This document shows positions 12,022-24,880 of a stretch of 64,000 nt of DNA, piece by piece. Numbering within the stretch: the stretch's first letter is position 1; every line of letters begins with the position of its first letter. A program made the translations under genes and the position numbers. The notes under the pieces were generated by a model. The model was not told the DNA's origin. It worked only from the letters and a program-made list of their open reading frames with translations, and did no database searches. The stretch is from Isurus oxyrinchus (lineage: Eukaryota): assembly GCA_026770705.1 (NCBI GenBank), contig JANJGN010000021.1, positions 104,966,001 through 105,030,000 of the forward strand, in the 5' to 3' direction.

Positions 12022-15000
12022 TTACTGGATAGTATAAGCACTTCCCTGATTTTGCTGAACAAATGTAATGGGGGAAAGCTTCACACGCATATTTAGATTA
12101 CTGAAAATAACGTTTGGCGAATTAGTGGAACCTTATTCTTCACCAGAACCTCCTAGCATTGAACATATCAAACATCTCATTATCCAATTGCTCTTACTTG
12201 TATCGTTGGCTGTAGGTTGGCTGTTGCTGTGGGAATCGAAGGCAGAGATGGGTCAGAATAATACAATGTCATACATATTTAACACGCACACACATAGAAG
12301 CACAGACACACACAGAAACCCACACATACACAAAGGCACACGTAGCAACAGAAACGTGATATCAAATTAATTTGAATAAAAAAATTGTCAATGTTTTTTC
12401 AAATTTGTTTTTTTTTAAGTAGCCAAGAATACAATTTAATGCTTGCCACCTAAAATGAAGGCAATTACCGTTCACGTACCATGTTTTGTATTGGTTTCAC
12501 TGTGGTATCTGTAATAAGCAAAATTAAATTTGAATTTTAAATTCTGCACATTACGTTCCGAATAATCAACAATTTGATAAGATTTAACATTTCCTGTACC
12601 TTTGCAGGCTCTGGATAACTGAAAGAAAAATAATGCAGACGTTAATACAATTGTTTGAAGTTAATAACTTCATGAATTTGTTTCTTAACAAAATATCGTA
12701 AAATTTATCTTTAACACTCATGCACGGATAGATAGGACTCTGATTCTGGTGACTATTTGCACTAGGAGCATACTGAGTACATGGAATTTTCCTCCTTCAA
12801 GTCATGAGATGAGGGACGTCAGTTATGTAGAGAGATTAGAGAAACTGGGGCTGCTTTCCTTGGAGAAGAGAAGGTTGAGGGGAGATTTGACAGAGCTGTT
12901 CAAAGTCACGGAGGGCCTGGCAAGAGCAGATCGGGTAAATGTTTCCATTGGTCGACTGTTCGAGAAAAAGAGGGTACAGATTAAAGGTGATTGGCAAGAG
13001 ATGCAATGGCGACACAAGGAAAAGCTTTTTTCACACAGCGAGAGGTTAGGATCTGCGATGCGCTGCCTGAGAGTGTGGTGGAGGCAGCTTCAACAGAGAC
13101 TTTCAAGACTGATTTGGATAATTATCTGAGAAAGGAAGAACGTGCAGGGCAGTGGGGAAAAGGTCGGGAGTGCCACTAGATAAATTGCTCCAACTGAGAG
13201 CCAGCCTAGACGCGACAGGCCGAATGGCCTCTTTCTGCACTGTAACCAATCTGTGATTCTGAAATGAAATCCTAAGCGTGTTTTAATATAATTGTTCATC
13301 CTAATCGGGTTTTCGATTGCACTAGAAATACTGACAAGCTCCGTAGAAGCGTTAACCAGGGTTGCTTCTCATAGCGACCAAGACAATTGCCCCGTACTAT
13401 AGCGAACATGTATGAGTTAAACAGGCGCCAGCGCGTTTTACAGAGATACACACCATTGCTTTTCAAAAGTCCAAATGTAAGAATCATGATGGTTATACCC
13501 AGCAAAGTAAAAACACCGCCCAGTCCAAGTATCAGGTAAGGATTTCTGCATTTTTCCTCTGGCATCTTGCCTGAAATAAGGAGTTTAGTCAATATTTTAG
13601 ATCTTAACCTGAAGATGCTGAGGAAAAAGCTATTTTGTCTGCATTACGATAAAACCACGATTGCAAACATGTATAAATAAACGAAGACTGACAGTTCTAT
13701 AGCGCCTCTCACTATCCCAGGACATCGCAAAGCACTTTACCACCAATGAAGCACTTTGGAAGTGCAGCCAATTTGCGCACAGTTAGCTCCCACCAGCAGC
13801 AATGTGAAACTGACCAGATAACCTGCTCTTCTTAGTGATGTTGATTGAGTGGTAAATATTGGCCGGGTCATGGACGATATCTGCCCTGCAAATTCCTCGA
13901 AATAGGGTCCTGGGATTTTTTATATTCACTTGGTTTCATGTCCCATCCTTGGGCACCTCCAACAGTGCAGCACTCCCTCCATGCCGCACAGGAGAGTGAG
14001 CCTGGAATTTTCTACTCATGCGACTTGGACTGGGACTATAATAACCAAAATACTAAATCGGAGGCTGGATAATTGAGACTTTAATGCGCTTCTAGTAATA
14101 ATTCAATGAAAGTAAGGGCAATATCTGGAGACTTCCCTCTACCTGTATTACATTTCTGCCTGCCCTCCCTCAAGTGTTGACTTTTTATGGGCTCTGGCTC
14201 ACTGGTAGTTTCCAAATGGCGAATATTCAACACTGAGCTCAGGTAGAGATTGGCTGCTTGATCCTAAGCAGCGTCACAACTCAGCTCAGCCTGATCAGCA
14301 TTGGACATGGGCTCCGGCCTTATTGCTTCGGCAACCCGTTATACATTACGCTCCATTTTCGGTTCAATAACTTCAAGGGGACTTCAATAAAACGGAATAG
14401 CCAACGTGTTGTATAACGGGCTGCAGGTGCTATTCAATATGGTTTTGCGTCAGCGCCTGTGCGCTTCCTCCCCATCTCCATGTGTACACAAATACAGACA
14501 CATTCTGGGGAGCAGAATTTGTGGATGAGGGGAAGAATTTACTCTGAATGATTTGCAAATCCCTGGTGCCCATATTCCTGCAGTTTAGTGAGATCGGTTA
14601 ATTATCACAGTCTGTAAATTGAACGAAATAATTTTCAATTAGTCTGTGAAATTAAAATACTTTTAAATAAATGGTTATTCTAAGTTGTCACTTACGCTTT
14701 ACTTCCAGTTTGGTGCCATTTCCATCCCCTACTCCTGTTCCCATTAATCTTACACGACAGTAATAGGTGTCTGAGTCTTTCTCAGTCAACTCGGAGATGC
14801 GAATGAATATTCTGTTGTTGGTAAATGAATCTCTGCCCGATCTCTCCAGCCGAGCTCCATAAAACGGACTACTGACCAGTTTGTAGCCATCTGGTTTACC
14901 CCGCGTCCAGTAAGCTGCTCCGACCAGGACTAGATTTCCGTCAAAGTCTAAGGCACAGTTCAGTGTCACCGACTCCCCCTCTGCTGCAATTATAAAGGGG

Positions 15001-16342
15001 GGGAACTGGTAAACGGTGACATTCGGCTTCCCATCTGTTGAAAGAAAACAGCTTCAATTATAGCCGAGATATGTACTAAAGGTTAATTGTTTCCCGCCAA
15101 TATCCGTTGGTACGTGTAATTATCATGAGATGTATTATACATATCATGAAAATGAAAATGGAAAGAAAGACGAATACTGGAAGCGTCAAATATATGAACA
15201 GAAAGTATTAAAAATGTCTAGAAAACCAGTCTGAGCCTGAAAGAGAAAGGCAGGTTTGGTTTTGTAGGTGGGTTAATGTTTGGTTGTTATGGCAGGTTAA
15301 TGTTTGGTTGTGCTGGCAGGTTAATTGTTTTTGCTGGCGGACTAATGCTTGGTTGTGTTGGCGGGTTAATATATGTTTTTGTTGGTGGGTTAATATCTGG
15401 TTGTGTTGGCAGGTTAATTGTTTTTGTTGGCGGGTTATTGTTCCGGTTGTGTTGGCGGGTTAATTGCTTTTGATGGTGGGTTAATGTTTGGTTGTACTGG
15501 CAGGTTAATGTTTGGTTTTATTGACAGGTTAATGTTTGATTGTGTTGTCCCGCCTCACGGCCTATGAAGCAATCCCCAAGCAGCAAGACTTGGACAGCCT
15601 CCGGGTTTGGGCTGAGAATTCACACTTCTATCCATGAGTCAGCGCCGCGCACATCCCGTGAATGAAATAAAAACAAACGATTAAGCAATAATAATCATGC
15701 TTGCGTTTATGAATCTAAAACATTGTATTTGTACAGGGGCCCATCCCACCATCGGGTTATATCAAATAGCTTCAGAACGCCTTGTTTTTTGCATTGTCAC
15801 CACTACCTTTCGGAAATCAAACGCAGCCGTTCATTATTGCCAGCAACGTGTCACATTCGGCTTAAACCGAATGAAAGGTATAGGGCGGGATTTCTGCCGG
15901 GGGCTCGCTTAACCACCGGTCGCAACTTCGGCGGAAGATCGATTAACAGAAACAACCGCCGATCTTCCACCAAAATTAGGGTGGGAGATCGAGGGAACCT
16001 TTCCGAAATCCAACCTCTGTGTTCCCAGTTCTAGAAGATAATGTTTTGGCCGCTTACAGCAGCGCTGCACAGCGGTAGCGATATTTCACAGTTAGTGCGG
16101 CAAACGTCTGTGATTTGCAGGGAGAAAGTTGTTAACGGTTTGTACGCCTGTGCGTTTTACCGACTGGGAAGTGGAAATATTTTCCCAAAGGACGTCTAGT
16201 GTCTGCAATATTTGCAATTCAAATTAGCACGATTCTCCAGCCTATCGGCGTTATCCGTAAGCAGTTAAAATACAATTCACTCACCAGCGCGCGTTGCAAG
16301 GATAATCAGCTGAAGTAGAGTGAGCTGTTGGCTTAACTGCAT
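12022..16342 (-). CDS. NCR3: NKp30/NCR3-like VJ-type Ig receptor, gene 1 (spliced). Exons: 16342-16285 leader; 15034-14696 V; 13570-13454 stalk/TM; 12618-12600; 12508-12480; 12226-12198; 12054-12022 (stop)
   Basis: All junctions are GT-AG and phase-compatible. Predicted protein: MQLSQQLTLLQLIILATRA-DGKPNVTVYQ...VTLNC...YW...DSDTYYCRVRLMGTGVGDGNGTKLEVKR-KMPEEKCRNPYLILGLGGVFTLLGITIMILTFGLLKSN-VIQSLQRYHSETNTKHATANLQPTIQQNQGSAYTIQ*. The V C-terminus closely parallels human NKp30 YVCRVEVLGLGVGTGNGTRLVVE. Tail exons are less certain than leader, V and TM. Confidence 0.8.
12800..13262 (+). mobile_element. CR1 LINE 3' end (intronic)
   Basis: SYVERLEKLGLLSLEKRRLRGDLTELFK, followed by the CR1 3' UTR. 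Confidence 0.85.
13454..13570 (-). CDS. Gene 1 stalk and transmembrane exon
   Basis: Acceptor CCTTATTTCAG, phase 1/1; hydrophobic run YLILGLGGVFTLLGITIMILTFGLL with no charged residue; stalk Cys. Confidence 0.85.
13690..14035 (-). mobile_element. SINE (DeuSINE/L2-tail type) fragment
   Basis: TATAGCGCCT...AAAGCACTTTAC...AATGAAGCACTTTGGAAGTG...GCACAGT core shared with other shark SINE copies. Confidence 0.6.
14696..15034 (-). CDS. NCR3: Gene 1 Ig V(J)-set domain exon, NKp30-like
   Basis: 339 nt, phase 1/1, acceptor TTTCTTTCAACAG and donor GTAAGT; canonical Cys, Trp, DxxxYYC and the GxGTKL J-type motif in one exon. Confidence 0.93.
15250..15548. repeat. Minisatellite of about 13 units of 21-24 bp (consensus GGCAGGTTAATGTTTGGTTGTGTT) in gene 1 intron 1
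   Basis: Directly visible tandem units. Confidence 0.9.
15883..16015. mobile_element. Short palindromic MITE (Harbinger-like ends)
   Basis: Imperfect inverted repeats GGGCGGGATTTC/GAAATCCAACC and GGCGGAAGATCG/CGATCTTCCACC. Confidence 0.6.
16285..16342 (-). CDS. Gene 1 leader (signal peptide) exon
   Basis: ATG at 16342; encodes MQLSQQLTLLQLIILATRA plus one G; followed by a GTGAGT donor, phase 1. Confidence 0.85.
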
Positions 16343-16379
16343 CTTCTATGAATTTGTGAAGACGCTGGAAATAATGAGC

Positions 16380-16670
16380 CAGAAGTCAAGTAAGATGAGC
16401 TGATGATTTCACATCAACCGACTTAAAAAGCGTGAATGGAGTTAATTGTGGTGTCCACGTTGACGACACAGGATATGCACACACTCTGTTGTACAGAATT
16501 AAACGGTCTCTGTATTTAAATGAGTTTTTTTAAGAGTTCGGGAATCGTATACATTGCATTGATGATGGTGCGTGATAAGTAAAGAGCACAGGAAATACAG
16601 AGCATTAAGCTCGTCAACTACTCATGCTGTCAAAAGTGCGGTTTTATATTTAGGCTGCGGTGTCCCCGTC
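16380..16670 (-). promoter_or_regulatory. Putative lymphoid promoter of gene 1
   Basis: Immediately upstream of the ATG: RUNX sites TGTGGT 16447, TGCGGTTT 16637 and TGCGGT 16656; GATA TGATAAG 16573; ETS CAGGAAAT 16589. Confidence 0.5.
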
Positions 16671-16929
16671 CCTAAACTGCAGATTGCTCCGTGACGATGA
16701 TGTTGAAAGTGGCTAAAGTGGAGGGAAGGTGCGGCGTGTTACACACGTGATCAAGAGTTTCATTTCAGCTAATTGTGGGCCTGTGATTCCAGCAGCAATG
16801 CTACACAGGTAATGCTTATGACTATAAGCTACCGCCTCGTGTGCGTCATTAACGTCTGGCCAGAACCCTAGCTCTTGTACAGGTTTGCAGGCTGGTGGCA
16901 ACTTTATGAACACACAGCTCAATCGCACT

Positions 16930-17250
16930 CTCGCTCTTTAATCAGGAAGTCGTGAGTTCAGGTCCACCTCCAGCAGACTTAAGGTGTCACTTTCGGATGA
17001 GACGTTAAGCCGACGCTCCGTGTGCCCGCTTGGATGGACTAGGCACTATCCTGAAGGAGAGCACCAGAATGCTGTCTTCTCGATGATTATCCTTTAATAC
17101 AGGTTATCTGATCGTTATCGCATTATTACTGGTGGAGTAGCACAATGTTCAAATTGGCTGCCTGATTTCCTGAATGGTAACAGTGTTTCGCTGGGTGCAA
17201 AGAGCTTTAGGACATCGTGAGATGCGCTATATAAACGCAATACTTTCTGT
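16930..17250 (+). mobile_element. tRNA-derived SINE (DeuSINE-type)
   Basis: B-box-like GTGAGTTCAGGTCC, TTTCGGATGAGACGTTAAGCCG core, and GCGCTATATAAACGCAA L2-type tail. Confidence 0.65.
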
Positions 17251-19394
17251 TTGTTTTAAGCTTCCGATCACGTCGCTGAAAACCAAGAGACAAATGGAAA
17301 CATTGTAGGGAAAATGATGTTTAATGTTCAGTTTTAGTTTATATCACGCAATCAAAGTATATTGATCAGTTACCTTGTGGTATGCTATTCTCTTAAACTG
17401 TAACCAATAGAGAACACCAACAGCTAATATCATGTGTCTGTTCTTGGCTTCATTTGAAAGAGAAAGGCACCATGGGATTTTGGACACAATGAGGTATCAT
17501 GCCAATAAGTTACTTTCAGAACAGCCGATGAAGAGGCTCTTGTTGCACTTATCTCCATGTTACAGAGCTACATGGAGCTGTAGCCTTCAAGGTTGAATGG
17601 GAAAGCCTTTAATCCCCCACATCATAGAACCTTATCAGAACAGGGTGTTATCAGGAAAGGGAAGCTAGGAATGAAAAAATTACAGCAGCTGCGTGCTACA
17701 TTAAGCTAGGCTTATTTTGTAGTACTTTAGAAGAAAGCAATTATATTTGACACAATATGTTCTTTTTATTAACAATTAATTTTTATAACAGTTTAATCTA
17801 ATTAAACTTATATCCTCAAGGCTACATATTAATTGAATGTATAAGGAGGCTTTATTACCTTACATTTTAAACGCTGATTACTGCTATGCACTTTTAGCTT
17901 GTACTCACTCTGTACAACTTTTAATTGTTACCTATTTTGTAACCTTTTGTTTTAGGCCTGCATAGTTTTAAGGTTATAAGAGCTTTTCCAAATCATCCTT
18001 TTGTTTTAAAGGTAAGGTAACTCATTCCAATTATCAACAACCACAGAGAGAAAAGAAAACAGCACCCAGCAGATGGTCTCTAGAGACAGTTCTTGATAAG
18101 GGTTCTGAGACGATGAGCTCAGGGTACCATTCATGAGGACATGTTAGCATGCCTCCCCCATCCTAAAAAAAAAGTCAAAAGGAGATATCATAAAGCAGCC
18201 TTTTGTCTAAGCAAGGAGTTATTAAAATAATAGAAATAAACACCAGCAAGAAGTAATATCAATTGATGACTATCACCCTTGAGGCCAATCACAGACTGAT
18301 CTCGCCCCCTTAGGTCAATCAGAATACAATAACATCATTGGTCACCCTGTGGGTTGTGGATTGGAAAGAGTTAATAAGGAACAGCTTTTAATGACCAAGA
18401 CGAGCCGAATGTGAAACTGAGCACTGCTTGTCAGGGAGTGAGAGGAGACTGAGTGTCGACCTGAGCCCAAACCTCAACCAGGAAGCAAGAACCATAGTAG
18501 ACCTTACAGTTGCTGCCCTGCTGTTACAAATATTAACTTTTGACTTACTAAAGTTTCCTGAGTTACTTCCCCCAACTGTCTACTGTTGCCGGAATAGTTA
18601 AATTCTCAAATGAACAAAATTGGAATTTAAGTTGGAAACAACTTACAGCATGTGGGATGGTGGGATGTGATATGTTTGGATTGAAATTTGGTATTGATCC
18701 TGGTACAAGTCACAGACAAGTCACTATAAGCTATTACTGGCCTTGTAGTTGCAGACCACCAATGGATCCCAATCGCTTGTGTTAGTTATGTTTATTGGGC
18801 TGCCTTGATTCAAACGGACTGATGATTGACAAGTATAATTCCATTCTAAATGATTAACCCCCATTTCCCTAGCTATATATTTTTGCAGTAAGGCACACTT
18901 CCATCTTACATACAGTTCTATTTGTCAAATACATGGAGCGACATATGATCACATGCTTGCATAGTTGTGTCTGTTTTTACAATTTAAAGTTGCCAACTAT
19001 TAATTTTATCGTCACGAGGAAGATTGCATTTTTTCACATTCCCATATATAGAAAAAGAAACATAACTAAAATGAGTCCATCTAAAGATTTTCAGTTTTAT
19101 GTTTAATGCTGTAATTGGTAATTGCCCATAATCAACTAACCGCTTGGGTAACTAACTTGGTGAAAAGTAGTGAAATGTGTTATAATATCCTGGCTGTGTG
19201 ACTCTAAAGATGTTACCCTGGCAACCTGGTCCAGGATATTGAGCAAAGTTCTCAACCATCTGCCGTGTTTACAGGGCCTATTCAAATTAATTTAGGTGGC
19301 GCATGTGGAATAATGCTATCGATAGTTTCACTTAATGCATTTAAAGGGATGGTAGATTTAAGTCTTTGAACTGTTTTAACTGGCGTTTCCATTT

Positions 19395-20100
19395 TTTTCC
19401 TTTTTCGTCCATGGGATGTGGGTGTCTCTGGCTCGGGCAATATTTATTGCCCATCCCAGTTGCCCTTGAAAAGTTGGTGGTTAACTGCTTTCTTGAACCG
19501 CTGCAGTCCAATTGGTGTAGGTATACCCACAGGACTATTAGGGAGGGAGTTTCAGGATTCTGACCCAGTGACAGTGAAGGAACGGTGACAGAGTTCCAAG
19601 TCAGGATGGTGAGTGGTTTGGAGGGAAACTTGCAGGTGGTTGTGTTCCCAGGCATCTGCTGCCCTTGTCCTTCTAGGTGGTAGAGTTCGTGTGTTTAGAA
19701 GGTGCTGCCAAAAGAGCCTTGTTGAGTTTCTGCAGTGCATCTTGTAGATGATACACAGTGCTTTGGTGATGGAGTGAATGTTTAAGGGTGGTGGATGAGA
19801 TGCTAACCAAGTGGGCTGCTTTGTCCTGGATGGCGTCGAGCTCCTTGGGTCTTGATGGAGCTTCTCTCAACAAGGCATTTGGGGAGCATTCCTTCATATT
19901 TCTGGCTTGTGCCTTGTAGATGATGGACAGGCTTTGAGGAGTCAGCAGGTGAGTTAGTCGTCACAGAATTCCCAACTTCTGACCTGGTCTTGTAGCCTCA
20001 GTATTTATCCTGCTGGCCATGTTCAGATTTTTGTCAAAGCTGACCCTCAGTGTTTTGATAGTGGGGTATCCAGTGATGGTAATGGCATTGAATGTGAAGG
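19395..20100 (-). mobile_element. HER1-type LINE 3' fragment
   Basis: RT C-terminal remnant (LDAIQDKAAHLV); 3' tail shared with the HE1 SINE. Confidence 0.75.
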
Positions 20101-22129
20101 GGACATAGATTCATTTTTGTGGGATATATACTGAACAAAGACAAACCATTTGTGCGCAAATAGAGTACTTAGTGCAGTGTTGAATATAACTTTGGTAAAA
20201 AATGATGGAGCTAAATTAAAGTTGCACCTGGATTCATTTGATGATATATCAGATAGTGCTTTATCTAAAGATGTGGAATTTAAACAGACCCTCATTTATT
20301 CGGGTAGACAATACTAAGGGGATCTTAGAAACATGGGAGAAGTTTTCCTTGTTCAGGGCTATTAGGATGTGAAATGTGCCACCATACGTACATTTAAATC
20401 AAAGTCCATGACAAAATGTAGGAGAAATATGTTGTGTGCTTGAAGAAACAAGGATAACAAAAGCAGCATACAGCTTTAGAAAGTCATATCAGGTCTTCTT
20501 ACGATATTGCAAACTGATTCAGAATCAATAAATCACTTTTGAAGTGTAGGCTCTGCTGTCATGTAGTTCCACAGAGGAAGACGCCATAAATGGGTTGAAT
20601 GCGTTCCATTGATTTGATGAAGGTTTTTCAGGAATAAATATTGAAATACTGAAGAATGTCCCTGCTCTGGGGTATTTCTCTTACACCCGTTTTAAAACGC
20701 GATTTGAGGAACTTCCATTCTCTCAATACAATATTTCATTAAAGTGCCCCCTCTAGAGCTTGGTAATTATCCTAGTACTGATGAACAGTCATATTAGACT
20801 TTAAATGTGAATTCTCTTTCTCTCTTTCCACAGATGCTGCTGAGTTTTTCCAGCATTTTCTGTTTATATTACCCTTACATCATGGCTTTAATTCCTGCAA
20901 TGGGGCTTGAACCTACAGAGAAGAATGCTACTAATCAAGATGAAGAAGTGCCTTGTTAAGGATTATGGCTGAATAGAATTCTGGAGAATTGGCACAATGA
21001 GAAGTTGTCACTAGAGCATGCAGGGTGAGAAAAAGATATTATTTACCTTGATATTTTCACAATTATATGGAAACAAGCACGATCAATAGATGGATTTTTC
21101 CTGATAAAAAATTTTGTTGATGTCTGAGCGCATGTTTTTTTTGTCTTTTTCCCCTACACTAAATCAAGGCAACAATGTTTCCCTTATGGTTGGAGAATTA
21201 GAACTCCAGAACTCCAGCAGTCCCGAAGAAGAGTCAAATTGGATATAAAACATTAACTCAGTTTCTCGCTCCACAGATGCTGCCAGACCTCTGGGTTTTT
21301 CTCTGTTCTTATTTCAGAACTCCACACAGGGCTGCAGAGGCTGTGGCCAGTGCCTCAGGAAGTGATAAATCTCTTTAGTACACTGTCTCTCTGCTAATGC
21401 AACCTTGTATTCATCATTCAGCACAGGTAAGAGCCAAAGACGGTGTTGCATGTCTGAGATGACGATTTAACCTGCCTTCATTTCACATCCTCACCATTCG
21501 CTGTGTAGAAAAGGTTTTCCTCATGTTATCATTGGTTTGTTTGACGATCACTTTAAATTGCTGCCCTCTAGTCCTCGAAAGTTGGGAAGTTTTTTAGGGA
21601 ATGAAACCTGGCTGCTCTGGTCTATATGTGACTTTCAAAAGGAAATTGGATTTTTCTCTGAAGAGAAAAAGAAACGAATGGCAGCGCTCTGGGGTAAAGG
21701 TGGGTGAGTGGGACTGAGATTGTCTTGCAGAGAGCTGGCACTGACAGGACGGGCAGAATTGCCTTAGTATGTGTTGTAACCACTCGACGATTCTATGAAG
21801 GACTTCTGTCAACCATACGACAATACGGCAGAGTTATGTTCACCACTGAGTGACTTTAATGCCTTTATTCCTTATTTATTTATGAATTTTAATCCTGCAG
21901 CTACCATGGAGGAAATAGAGCTCATCCACCAGGGTCGTCGATCCAGGTTTCTAACCCATGAACATAGCTGCCACCCTACCGTTCTCGTTAATGCTTTGAA
22001 CTGAATTAATTTGAATTTGTCATCTACCGCCCGTGTGATTATAAGTTAATAAGCCTTCTTATTCTGGTTATACTATGTTTAGTTATTGTGTTTGTTTTAT
22101 TTCGATTTATTTACATTTGGCAGGCTCCC

Positions 22130-22445
22130 CCCGTGTCGGGGAGACTAGAACTAGGGGACACATTTTAAAGACAAGGTGTCTCACATTCAAGAAGGAGATG
22201 AGGAATTTTTCTCTCTCTCAGAGGATCATGAAACTTTGGAACTCGCCTCCCCAGAGATTGGCAGAGGCTGGGTCATTGAATATATTTAAGCTGGAGGTGG
22301 ATGGATTCTTGACTAACAAGGGAGTCAAAGGGTGGGCGGAATATGGAGTTAAGGCCACAATCAGATCAGCCCTGATCTTATTGAATGTCGGAACAGGCTC
22401 GAGGAGTCAAATGGCCTACTCCTGCTCCTATTTCGCATTTTCGTA
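22130..22445 (+). mobile_element. CR1 3' fragment
   Basis: TRGHILK...EMRNFSLSQRIMKLWNSPPQ. Confidence 0.8.
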
Positions 22446-22489
22446 TATTGTGAAAATTGACAAACCTACATTTATAGAGCCATAGTTAT

Positions 22490-24880
22490 AGAGTCATAGG
22501 GGCCCACAGCACAGGAAAAGGCCCTTCACCCAAGCGAGGCTGCACCAGACAAACAAGCTCCTAACTATTCTAATACCATTTTCCAGCGCTAGACCCGTAG
22601 CCTTATATGCCATAGCATTGCAAGTGCACATCCAAATATTTATTTAATGTTATGAGGGTCACTGCCTCTGCCGCTCTTTCAGGCAATGAGTTCCAGATTC
22701 CCACTACCCTCTGGGTGAAAATATTCTTCCTCACATCCCCTCTAAACCTCCTGGCCCTTACCTTAAATCTATGCTCCCTTGTTAGTGATCCCTCCGCCAA
22801 GGGGAAAAGTTCCTTCCTGTTTAATCTATCTATGCCCCTCATAATTTTATACACCTCAATCATGTAGCCCCTCAATCTCCTCTGCTCCAGGGAAAATAAC
22901 TCCAGTCTATCCAATCACTCCTCATAACTAAAACTCTCCAGCCCAGGCAACACCCTGGTAAATCTCCTCTGCACTCTCTCTGATGCAATCACATCCTTCC
23001 TATAATGCAGATTCCAGAACTGCACACAATACTCTAACAATGGCTGAAGGAGCATTTTATATAGTTGCAGCATACCCCCTGGGGCTCTTATATTCCATGC
23101 CTCGGCTAATAAAGGCAACTATCCCATACGCATTCTTAAGCAACTTATCTACCTGTCTCACTACCTTAAGGGACCAGTGGACATGCACACCAAGGTCTCC
23201 CTGAACCTCAGTACTTCCCAACATTCTACCATTCATTGTGTATTCCCGTGCCTTGTTTGTCCTGCCCAAGTGCATCACCTCACACTTGTCCAGATTAAGT
23301 TCTTTTTGCCACTGGTCAGCCCTAATTCTATCCCTCAGGATTGCTTCCTCACCACTGAGGTTAGACTGACTGACCTATAGTTCCCTGGTTTATCTCTGCC
23401 TCCCTTCTTGAATAACGGTACCACATTGGCTGTCCTCCAGTCCTCTGGCACCTCTCCTGTGGCCAGGGAGGTATTGAAAATTATTGCCAGCGCCGTGCTA
23501 TCTCTTCCCTTGCCTCACTCATAGCCTGGGATACATTTCATTCGAGCCTGGAGATTTATCTAATTTTAAGCCGGTCAGGCCACTTGAAACCCTCTCCCTT
23601 TCAATGCTTATTCCTTTAATTATATCACAGTTATTCTGCCTGATTTCCATACCCACGTCATCCCTCTTACCTGTGAACACCGACACAAAATATTCATTTA
23701 GAACCCTACCTACGTCTTCTGACTCCATATACAAATTACCACTATAGTCCTTAATGGGCCCTTCCCTTTCACTAGTTATCCTCTTGCTCTTAATAGACTT
23801 TTAAAATAACTTTGGATTTCCCTTATTTTGCTTGCCAATGTGCTTTCATTCCCCTTTTTGTTCTCTTAATTTCCTTTTCAAGTTCCTCCTACACATTCTA
23901 TACTCCTCTAGGGCTTCTGCTGTTTTGAGCGAGCCCTTGGTATCTGCCATAGCCTCCTTTTTTCTCTTTATCTAATTCTGTATATCCCTCAACGTAAAGG
24001 GATCCCTAGATTGGTTAGTCCCACTCTTTATCTTTCCTGGAATATGTTGGCCCTGTACTCTCCCTATTTCCTTCTTGAATGAGTCCCACTGCTCTGACGC
24101 AGATTTACCTGAAAGCAGCTGCTCCCAGTCCACTCTGGCCAAATCATATCTAATCTTATTAAAATCGGCCTTCCCTCAATTTAGAACTCTGATTTCTGGC
24201 CCATCCTTGCCTTATCCATAACAACCTCGAATCTAATGGAGTTATGATCACTCTCTGCAAAATGCTCCCCCACTCATACATCTACCACTTGCCCCGCTTC
24301 ATTCCCTAAGATTAAGCCCAGGACCGCCCCCTCACTTGTAGGGCCTTCTACGTACTGGTTTAAAAGTCTTTCCTGGATGCATTGTAAGAATCCCACTCCC
24401 TCTAAACCTAACACACTACGACTAACCCAGTTAATGTTGGGGAAGTTGAAATCCCCCGCGATTAATACCCAGTTACTTTTACACTTCTCTGAAATTTGCC
24501 TACATATCTGCTCTTCTATTTCTCTCTGACTGTTTGGGGGCCTATAATGCACTCCCAGCAATGTGATTACTCCTTTTTTGTTCATCAGTTCTGCCCATGT
24601 GACTTCATTTGAGGAGCCTCCTAAGATGTCATCTCTCCTTACTGCTGCAATTGATTCCTTGATCAATATTGCGATAACACCCCCTCTCTTACCTCCTTCC
24701 CTATCTCACCTGAAGACCCTATATCCTGGAATATTAAGCCGCCAATCCTGTCCCTCTCTCAGCCATGTCTCTGTGACAGCAATGACATCATACTTCCAGG
24801 TGTTAATTTGTGCCCTCAACTCATCTCTCTTATTCGTCAGACTCCTTGCATTAAAATAAATACCATGTAACTTGCCAACT
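22490..24880 (-). mobile_element. CR1 LINE ORF2 (endonuclease and RT), fragmented
   Basis: GVHYRPPNSQREIEEQICRQI, GDFNFPNINW, LLEYCVQFW, RRLRGYMIEVYKIM. Confidence 0.9.

Noticed and set aside
14600-15100. Rearranging TCR/Ig V segments with recombination signal sequences (also 45000-45450)
   Set aside because: V and J-like parts are joined in one exon followed by a splice donor; no heptamer-spacer-nonamer was seen at either V exon and no C domain was found.
15250-15548. CRISPR-like or RSS array
   Set aside because: Eukaryotic context, contiguous degenerate tandem units without unique spacers, and no heptamers.
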